A stretch of 64,000 nt of DNA from Ignavibacteria bacterium (lineage in GTDB: Bacteria; Bacteroidota; Ignavibacteria; Tepidaquicellales; Tepidaquicellaceae): NCBI GenBank assembly GCA_016719565.1, contig JADJYU010000010.1:78400-142399 (forward strand). Direction: 5' to 3'. Each line of letters opens with the position of its first letter. Position 1 is the stretch's first letter. The translations under genes and the position numbers were made by a program. The notes beneath the pieces were generated by a model. The model was not told the DNA's origin and made no database searches. It saw only the letters and a list, made by a program, of their open reading frames with translations. This document shows, piece by piece, positions 1 through 6,693 of the stretch.

Positions 1-765
1 CAGTTTGCAGTTCCTCAGGATAATGTAAACGTAATTTTTGTAGTAAGAGGCGTTAACGCTCCACAGAATTTTGCAGGAAACACAGATCAAAACGGACAGA
101 TCCAGTTTTGTTATGTCGGTACAAATCCGGGAAGAGATACTATCTTCGCAACAATCGGAACAACAGGCAGATCTGATACCGCTTATAAACTGTGGGAAGA
201 TCCGCTTCCTGTCGAACTTGCTTCATTTACTTCCACAGTCTCCGGTAACAGCGTCAGTCTGAAATGGTCAACAACCGAAGAGATCAACAATTCCGGTTTT
301 GATATTGAAAGATCAGTAAACGGCGCATGGACAAAGGTTGGTAATGTGAACGGAAACGGTACGACAAATGAAATGAAGAATTATGAATTCACTGACAGAG
401 GCGTAGCGTCAGGAACTTATAATTACAGACTGAAACAGATAGATTTTAACGGATCATTCGAGTATTACAATCTAAGCAGTGAAGTAATAGTCGGAGTACC
501 GGATAAATTCTCTATCGCTCAGAATTATCCGAATCCATTCAATCCATCTACAAAGATCGACTTCCAGATCCCTGCTGACGGCAAAGTAAAACTTGCAATC
601 TATGACAACAGCGGAAAGGAAATAGCAGTGCTTACAGATGAAGTGAAAACAGCCGGATACTATTCGGTGAATTTCAATGCAACAGATCTGTCAAGCGGAA
701 TTTACTTCTATAAAATCGAATATAACGGATTAAATAAAGTAATGAAAATGACATTGCTGAAGTAA
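1..765 (+). CDS. C-terminal part of a secreted T9SS cargo protein (5' end outside window)
   Basis: Frame 1 is open from nt 1 (QFAVPQDNVN...); the ORF track shows only the part after an internal Met at 346. Ends with a PVELASF..LKWST..NNSGFDIER module followed by a Por/T9SS C-terminal sorting domain (QNYPNPFNPSTKI...GIYFYKI...MTLLK). Confidence 0.85.
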   Translation, partial: QFAVPQDNVNVIFVVRGVNAPQNFAGNTDQNGQIQFCYVGTNPGRDTIFATIGTTGRSDTAYKLWEDPLPVELASFTSTVSGNSVSLKWSTTEEINNSGFDIERSVNGAWTKVGNVNGNGTTNEMKNYEFTDRGVASGTYNYRLKQIDFNGSFEYYNLSSEVIVGVPDKFSIAQNYPNPFNPSTKIDFQIPADGKVKLAIYDNSGKEIAVLTDEVKTAGYYSVNFNATDLSSGIYFYKIEYNGLNKVMKMTLLK

Positions 766-791
766 TAAATAAATTGTTATTGCAATTCTAA

Positions 792-819
792 AGCCGGGCT
801 GCAAAGTCCGGCTTTTTTT
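792..819 (+). terminator. Rho-independent terminator
   Basis: AGCCGGgctgcaaagtCCGGCT hairpin followed by a T7 run, 27 nt after the stop at 765. Confidence 0.75.
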
Positions 820-978
820 ATTTTTGAAATTAGATCATTCAGTTTACCGCAAAGAAAATTTACTTTCCTGAAAAGACTATTAATTTTATTTATTAAACAT
901 CAGGCTTTCGAAAGAAGATATTTAACTCCCGGGAAAAGAAATTAAACTTTAAAGTGAAGACACAAAACATCCGGGAAA

Positions 979-1314
979 AGACATTTGGCTTTAAATCAGA
1001 GACATTCGGCTTTCAAAAATAGACATTCAGCTTTGAAAAAAAGACATGCGGCTTTCAAAAAGAGACTTTCAGCTTTTAATCGGAGACTTTTGGATTTCAA
1101 TAAGAGTCACGCTGCTTTCAACAAGAGACATGCGGCTTTCAATCAGAGACTTTTGGTTTTCGTCAGGAGACTTTTGGCTTTCGGTAAGAGATTTTTGGTT
1201 TTCGTCAGGAGACTTTTGGCTTTCAAAAAGAGACTTTTGGCTGTCAAAAATAGACATGCGGCATTCAAAAATAGACATTCGGCAGTCGTCAGAAGACACG
1301 AAGCAGCCGGAAAA
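979..1314. repeat. Tandem array A: 16 units of exactly 21 bp, no indels
   Basis: Units start at 979, 1000, 1021 ... 1294. Consensus AGACATGCGGCTTTCAAAAAG, with an AGACTTTTGGYTTTC variant. Degenerate in-phase units (AGACA/AGAAA/AGATA starts) continue upstream to about 916. Confidence 0.9.
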
Positions 1315-1446
1315 TGAGTTTCGGAAGTGACGAAACAAATAAATTCAATTGAGAAATCGTTATTGTAAGTGAAGAAAACATTGTCTTAAGTTGAGAAATC
1401 GTTGCGTTAGTGGAGAATGAGTCTACAAACAGTTCATAAAAAGTGT

Positions 1447-1656
1447 ACAGCAGTTCAGATAAAGGCTGCAGTGGTTCCGAAACAGGCTGCGGTGGTTGAG
1501 AAGAAGTTCGCACAGTTCCGAAACAGGTTGCGGTGATTGAGAACGATACCGCTACAGTACCTAAACACAGTGCTGCGGTCGATAAACAGGTCGCTGCGGT
1601 CGATAAACAGGTCGTTGCGGTCAATAAACAGGACACTGCGGTCGATAAATGCGGTG
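1447..1656. repeat. Tandem array B: about 10 units of 21 bp (different family, partly 42-bp super-period)
   Basis: CTGCGGTCGATAAACAGGTCG occurs twice exactly (1573, 1594), flanked by diverged copies. Upstream units alternate GTTCCGAAACAGG and TTGAGAA types. TTGAGAAATCGTT also occurs at 1349 and 1391 (42 bp apart) in the linker. Confidence 0.85.
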
Positions 1657-1803
1657 AAAATTTTTACTTTAAAACTTAAAACTGCAAATATGGGTTGTTT
1701 TTCGATATTTCGGAAAAATAATTCCGCAGACGGTGAAGTCAATTATCAATTATTAATGATCAATGATCAATATAATTTAAAAAGTTTGGACTTTACAGTA
1801 AAT

Positions 1804-1947
1804 TCACTTCACCAGCGACAACTTCTTTGTCTGATTAAAGTTATCCGCCGAGAGCTTGTAGAAATATATACCGCTTGCAAGTCCGCTGCCGTCAAATACT
1901 GCTTTATAATATCCAGCTTCCCTGTATTCATTTACAAGCGTCTTGAT
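1804..1947 (-). pseudogene. Remnant of a T9SS C-terminal sorting domain (3' end of a lost cargo gene)
   Basis: The reverse strand translates as IKTLVNEYREAGYYKAVFDGSGLASGIYFYKLSADNFNQTKKLSLVK*. There is no upstream ORF. The fragment abuts the REP hairpin at 1951. Confidence 0.7.
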
Positions 1948-1950
1948 TTA

Positions 1951-1991
1951 CCCCCGTCAGAGTCTCCGGTGCTCTACCGGGACTCTGACGG
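1951..1991. repeat. REP-like palindromic hairpin, copy 1
   Basis: cccCCGTCAGAGTCtccggtgctctaccggGACTCTGACGG: 11-bp perfect stem plus inner CCGG pairing. Confidence 0.85.
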
Positions 1992-2142
1992 ATAGCTTAG
2001 CCAGTTGAAATTACAGATCGTAAATATTAATTTCCTCTGACGATTTAAGAGGAGGATTTTATGGCTACAAGAATTAGAGATTTAGTTCTGAGTCGGTGTT
2101 GCGGGCGGATCGTAAATACCGGCGAATTAAGAGGAGGATTTT

Positions 2143-2690
2143 ATGGCTACAAGAGTTAGAGATTTTATTCCTGAAAGAATTTATTTTATCACATATACCA
2201 TATACAAATGGAAAAGTGTTTTTACAGAGGAAAAATATTTTAATCTGATTTACAAATGGTTCGACTATATGAAAAAATCATTATAGTAACAAAATCCATG
2301 GATATGTTATCATGCCCAATCATCTTCATTTATTGTTGTACATTTCACACTATTCGCCTGATGTATCCAAATTAATACAAAATGCCAAAAGATTTCAGGC
2401 TTATGAAATAGTTGATTTTCTTGAAGAAGATAATAGAAAAGATTTGCTAAAAATATTTTCAGAAGCTGCAGAGATTCAAAAAGGAGCAAAGCATAAAGTT
2501 TTTAAAGACAGGTTTGATTCAAAAGAAATGGTGAATTCAGATCTATACAGGGAAAAATTAAATTACATTCATAATAATCCATGCACGCGGGAAGTGGAGA
2601 CTTGCAGAAAAGCCGGAGGACTATAAACATTCAAGCGCTTCAAATTATATAATTGGAAATGGAGTATATGATGTCGAGTTAGTTTATTAG
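2143..2690 (+). pseudogene. REP-associated tyrosine transposase (RAYT / IS200-like Y1 HUH transposase), two frameshifts
   Basis: GAGGAGG RBS and ATG at 2143 (MATRVRDFIPERIYFITYT...). The frame breaks at the A-run near 2272-2286. HUH motif in VIMPNHLHLLL and catalytic Tyr motif NYIHNNP. A second frame break at about 2586-2596; the restored frame reads WRLAEKPEDYKHSSASNY... to the TAG at 2690. Confidence 0.75.
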
Positions 2691-2708
2691 TTGAAAGTTC
2701 GGAGCTTA

Positions 2709-2750
2709 CCGTCAGAGTCCCGGAAAGAGCGCCGGAGACTCTGACGGGGG
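2709..2750. repeat. REP-like palindromic hairpin, copy 2 (inverted relative to copy 1)
   Basis: CCGTCAGAGTCccggaaagagcgccggaGACTCTGACGGggg. Its reverse complement matches copy 1 except in the loop. Confidence 0.85.
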
Positions 2751-2910
2751 TTTAAAAAAATTAAATTACATTCATAATAATCCATGCACTCCGAGATGGA
2801 GACTTGCAGAAAAGCCGGAGGACTATAAACATTCAAGCGCTTCAAATTATATAATTGGAAATGGAGTATATGATGTCGAGTTAGTTTATTAGTTGAAAGT
2901 TCGGAGCTTA

Positions 2911-2952
2911 CCGTCAGAGTCCCGGAAAGAGCGCCGGAGACTCTGACGGGGG
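2911..2952. repeat. REP-like palindromic hairpin, copy 3 (same orientation as copy 2)
   Basis: Same sequence as copy 2; part of the ~202-bp tandem duplication. Confidence 0.85.
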
Positions 2953-2956
2953 TTTA

Positions 2957-3141
2957 AAGTTTAAATATACAGGAAAAGAAAGAGATAAGGAGAGCTTATA
3001 TGATTATTTCGGTGCGAGGTATTATGATGCGAGGATAGGAAGGTGGGGAACGATAGTCCGTTAATGGAAAAGCATTTTGATTTTAATCCTTACACAATCT
3101 CCCGATTGGGTACGCAGAGTTACGAATCAGGGGATTCTTAA
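2957..3141 (+). pseudogene. Remnant of an RHS-repeat-associated core domain (frameshifted fragment)
   Basis: KFKYTGKERDKESLYDYFGARYYDARIGRWGTI matches the conserved RHS/YD core motif (FTGKE.D...LYY.GARYYDP..GRW.S.DP). After a frame change near 3056-3062 it continues SPLMEKHFDFNPYT. There is no upstream RHS ORF. Confidence 0.6.
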
Positions 3142-3145
3142 AGAG

Positions 3146-3174
3146 CAAATAAAAACCGGATAATTAGTCCGGTT
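3146..3174 (-). terminator. Rho-independent terminator of the SBBP-repeat gene
   Basis: AACCGGAtaattagTCCGGTT hairpin. On the minus strand it is followed by TTTTTATTT, about 40 nt past the stop at 3211. Confidence 0.65.
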
Positions 3175-3210
3175 ATATTATTAACATTCAATATTTATTT
3201 TCAACAAAGT

Positions 3211-6200
3211 TTACGGCCTGAGTGTTGAAACAAAGTTGCCGGAATTATTATCCGTTATTCCCAGGTCTGTCAGATCAACTACACCGTCTCCGTTTATATC
3301 CTCTGTTACATATCCGCTTTTAAAATTATATCCGGCATTATCAATTAAACCAAGATCTGATACATCTATTACGTTATCCTTATTTGCATCACCTGTATAA
3401 ACACAATAACGGCTGCCCTGAAGCGTCAGATTATTACCGAATGCTTTTGTTACTGAATTTGTAAAATCATAACTCAATCCTGAAGCGCTGAACTGCATTG
3501 CAGTGTTACTCCAGGTCTCAAGCGAATTCCTGTGGTCAACAATTATATAATAATTTTGTCCGTTCTGAATATTATCAAAAGAAAATATGCAGTTTCCGTT
3601 TGCATCTGAAACTGACACTGAAGAATCTGCAAAATTATAAGGAGAACTTCCGTTTCTTAAAAATACTTTTATTGTGTCAATAGTATTTACATTTAAATTA
3701 CCGTTGTAATATCCTTCGATAAGTACTTTAAGATCAAGGGTATAGCTTTGCAGATATTTCATTGTTACAAAATCAAAACCTCCGCCAAGTCCGTTACTCG
3801 AACCAGTTACATATAAGCTGCCCGAATTATCTACAAGTATAGCAGCAGCTTTGTCAGAATCGTTATCCGAATAATTATATTTCTTTTCCCAAACTTTTGA
3901 TCCGGTGCCGGTATATTTTACTGTACAGAAATTTAGTCCTGTAATATTATCCGTGCAGTATCCCGTGACATATATAAATCCGGCTCCGTCAATTTTGGAA
4001 TCGGAGGCATGGTCATCAGCATTAGATGTTCCGTTGACAGTTCTGTTCCAGATCACATTTCCATTCGGATCATATTTTAAAGTTGTCATATCTTTTCCGG
4101 TAATGATATTATGTAAGCTGCCGGAGATTATTGCATTCCCTTCGGAATCAACTGATACTGCGGATGCTTCGTCATCTGATGATGCCGTACCGTTTAGCAT
4201 CCTTTCCCAGATCTTAACTCCTGCTAAATTGTATTTGAGAAGTAACATATCATTTCCATTAGCGCCTGTATTTGTTTTTCCGCAAATGTATATATTTTCC
4301 GACTTGTCAATTGAAATATCTTCAGGAGTGTCATTGCTGTTAGAGGAAGTATTATTATATCTTACCGCCCATTCCTGATTACCCGAACTGCTGTATTTTA
4401 TAATCACAACATCATCACCGGAACCAGTTCCCGGACTTTTTCCGGTAACATAAACATTTCCAAGATCATCAGCAGTAATTTTTTTTGAAATGTCATTTCC
4501 GTTTGCAGGTCCGTTATAATATCTGATCCATTGCTGTACTCCTGCAGTATTGTATTTTATTGTTGTGATATCATAACCGCTTCCGTTTTGGAGTAAATGA
4601 CCTGTGACAATTACATTACCGGACGCATCCATGGTAATCCCTGATGAATGATCATCACCTCCGGCGCTGCCGTTTGTCTTCTTTTCCCATTGTAAAAAGC
4701 CATCAGTATTATATTTGATCACTGAAACATCAAAACCTGTTATACTTTCACTGCTTCCGGTAATGTAAGTATTTCCGGCATTGTCTGATTCAATTCCTGC
4801 GGGAATGTCATTAAATCCTTCGCTGTCATATCTTGATACCCAGAGCGGAACACCTGAGGGATTGTATTTAATGGTCGCATAATCAAGTTCAGAAAAAGTC
4901 TGGAAACTTGATCCGGTTACATAGAGATTACCCGATGCATCTGTGTCGAATGCAACGGATTCATCCGGTCCGCTTCCTGAACCGTCATATCTGGTTTCAA
5001 AAACAGAGTTACCTGCAGAGGTATATTTAATAGAAAGATAATCGCTCGTTCCGCACAGACTAAAAAAATAACTGTAACTTTGCGCCGTTACAAAAAAGTT
5101 ACCGTTTTTATCTGCATCAATTCCGGTTGGTATATCATCGAGATCTCCGGGACCGTTGTATTGTTTGATCCACAGGACATCTCCGGCGGAATTATATTTT
5201 AAAGTAACTACATCACTTGTGCCATCCGAGAGTCTTATTGAATTTCCGGTTACAGCTGCATTACCGTTTATATCAGCTTTTATTCCGACAGCTTTATCAA
5301 AATAATTTTGATCTCCGTTAAATAATCTTACCCATTGCTGTGCGCCGGAAGGATTTAATTTAACAGTTGCAAAGTCATAGAATGATGAAGGGGAATAGCT
5401 ATACCCTGTAACGAATACATTCCCGCCTGCGTCAAGTGATATTCCTGTTGCTGCATCATCGCTAAGTGTGACTCCGTTGTATCTGTACACCCATTGCTGA
5501 TCTCCGTTGGAATTTAATTTTAAAACTGCATAATCATAACCGGCACCGATCCCTCCTTCGCTTTTCCCGCATACAAAAATATTTCCTGCATTATCTGTTT
5601 CAAGATCTGTGATCTGATCATCTGCAGATATAGGTCCGTTATAAAATTTTTCCCAGAGAAAATCACCTGAACTGTTATATTTTATTATGGCGTAATTATT
5701 TGATTCACCGGTTTTATAAGAATGTCCGGCAAGTACAATACTACCATCTGATGTCATCACTGCTGACTTAAGATAATCATCGGAATTTGAGACACCGTTC
5801 CATCTTTTTCCCCATATGAACGAGCCGTTCAGGTCGTATTTCAATAGAATAAAATCATAACCTGTCCCGCTGCCAAAACTGTAACCTGCAGCATATATTC
5901 CATTCTGTCCGTCGAATAGAATTTTAATTCCGTTGTCATCAAAATTTCCCGTACCGTTGTAAGTCTTTACCCATTGCTCAATCCCGGCTGAATTATATTT
6001 TATAATTATCATATCATTCTGTCCTCCGCCGGCTCTTGAATTACCGGTAATATATGTATTGCCTGAATTATCTCTTACTACACTATTCCCGACATCATTC
6101 TGATTTCCTGTCCCGTTATAATTAGCTATCCATTGTCTTGTTCCGTCCGCTTTAAATTTAACTGTTATTACATCTGAGAATCCTCCGCTTAGAATACTTT

Positions 6201-6384
6201 TCCCCGTCATATAAAAATCACCGGCAGCGTCAATGAATATATCAGAAGGTGTGTCTGTGCTTGATTCGGGTCCGGTATATCTGTGAAGCCATTGCTCGCT
6301 TAACTGTGAATAGCAAACCTGCGATGTGATAAGGAATGCGAGCATGAAACCGAAACTTATAATATTGTAAATTAAATTAATCAT
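3211..6384 (-). CDS. SBBP-type beta-propeller repeat protein with C-terminal dockerin-like double Ca-binding repeat
   Basis: 1057 aa with an N-terminal signal/anchor. About 17 iterations of the ~55-aa unit W...YNG......D....I..D..GN.YVTG.S......D..T.KY...G. The C-terminus carries DANKDNVIDVSDLGLIDN and DINGDGVVDLTDLGITDN (dockerin type I-like pair). No T9SS CTD. Confidence 0.75.
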   Translation of the reverse strand: MINLIYNIISFGFMLAFLITSQVCYSQLSEQWLHRYTGPESSTDTPSDIFIDAAGDFYMTGKSILSGGFSDVITVKFKADGTRQWIANYNGTGNQNDVGNSVVRDNSGNTYITGNSRAGGGQNDMIIIKYNSAGIEQWVKTYNGTGNFDDNGIKILFDGQNGIYAAGYSFGSGTGYDFILLKYDLNGSFIWGKRWNGVSNSDDYLKSAVMTSDGSIVLAGHSYKTGESNNYAIIKYNSSGDFLWEKFYNGPISADDQITDLETDNAGNIFVCGKSEGGIGAGYDYAVLKLNSNGDQQWVYRYNGVTLSDDAATGISLDAGGNVFVTGYSYSPSSFYDFATVKLNPSGAQQWVRLFNGDQNYFDKAVGIKADINGNAAVTGNSIRLSDGTSDVVTLKYNSAGDVLWIKQYNGPGDLDDIPTGIDADKNGNFFVTAQSYSYFFSLCGTSDYLSIKYTSAGNSVFETRYDGSGSGPDESVAFDTDASGNLYVTGSSFQTFSELDYATIKYNPSGVPLWVSRYDSEGFNDIPAGIESDNAGNTYITGSSESITGFDVSVIKYNTDGFLQWEKKTNGSAGGDDHSSGITMDASGNVIVTGHLLQNGSGYDITTIKYNTAGVQQWIRYYNGPANGNDISKKITADDLGNVYVTGKSPGTGSGDDVVIIKYSSSGNQEWAVRYNNTSSNSNDTPEDISIDKSENIYICGKTNTGANGNDMLLLKYNLAGVKIWERMLNGTASSDDEASAVSVDSEGNAIISGSLHNIITGKDMTTLKYDPNGNVIWNRTVNGTSNADDHASDSKIDGAGFIYVTGYCTDNITGLNFCTVKYTGTGSKVWEKKYNYSDNDSDKAAAILVDNSGSLYVTGSSNGLGGGFDFVTMKYLQSYTLDLKVLIEGYYNGNLNVNTIDTIKVFLRNGSSPYNFADSSVSVSDANGNCIFSFDNIQNGQNYYIIVDHRNSLETWSNTAMQFSASGLSYDFTNSVTKAFGNNLTLQGSRYCVYTGDANKDNVIDVSDLGLIDNAGYNFKSGYVTEDINGDGVVDLTDLGITDNNSGNFVSTLRP

Positions 6385-6693
6385 GCGGATGAATTTAGAT
6401 TATACAAAATTAATAAATTATTTTCATAAATGTAAAATTTCATTGTATACAATGTAAAATATTAAAAAAATTCAAACTTGTTGACAGTTTAAATTAAAAC
6501 ATTTAACTTTGTACTGAAAAATTTTAAAGTACAAAATGCGATAGATTTTTTTTTGTAATAATTTTTTATTGTATAGTATTTCCCGGATACCTGAAAATTA
6601 ATTAGATAATTAATATTTAAATAAAGTTCTTCAAAGCTCTATATTTTCTTTTTTATTTAAAAAATATTACTAACTAAACCCTAAGGAGACGCA

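Larger units (their letters stand above)
1951..2952 (+). mobile_element. REP/RAYT locus (REPtron-like): inverted REP hairpins flanking a Y1 HUH transposase pseudogene
   Basis: One hairpin at 1951-1991 lies upstream in one orientation. Two hairpins at 2709-2750 and 2911-2952 lie downstream in the opposite orientation, bracketing the RAYT-like ORF. Confidence 0.7.
2554..2958 (+). repeat. Tandem direct duplication (~202 bp x2) of the RAYT 3' end plus REP hairpin
   Basis: AAAAATTAAATTACATTCATAATAATCCATGCAC...CTCTGACGGGGGTTTAAA occurs at 2554-2757 and 2756-2958. The copies differ mainly at 2586-2596 versus 2788-2797, a 1-nt length difference. Confidence 0.85.

Noticed and set aside
979-1656. The repeat arrays as a possible CRISPR locus.
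   Set aside because: The units are contiguous 21-mers with no unique spacers between them. The period is far below the repeat-plus-spacer length of CRISPR arrays, and there are no cas genes in the window.
985-1995. Six overlapping ORFs in the track (985-1317+, 1046-1330+, 1069-1338-, 1289-1636-, 1455-1742-, 1537-1995+) that translate into heptad-like repeats (RHAAFKK, SQKSLFE, LFIDRSD, SINRSLR).
   Set aside because: They are a by-product of a stop-poor 21-bp (3x7) DNA repeat. Several frames on both strands are open at once, none has a convincing RBS or ATG, and the compositions are not protein-like. I treat the region as non-coding repeat DNA. A decayed heptad-repeat gene cannot be fully excluded.
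3211-3400. The dockerin-like tail as evidence for a cellulosome.
   Set aside because: No cohesin/scaffoldin or glycoside-hydrolase genes are nearby. Dockerin-like EF-hand pairs also occur outside cellulosomal systems.
3498-4378. Plus-strand ORFs 3498-3683 and 3905-4378.
   Set aside because: They are antisense to the strongly supported 1057-aa SBBP-repeat gene. Their sequence is low-complexity with no motifs.
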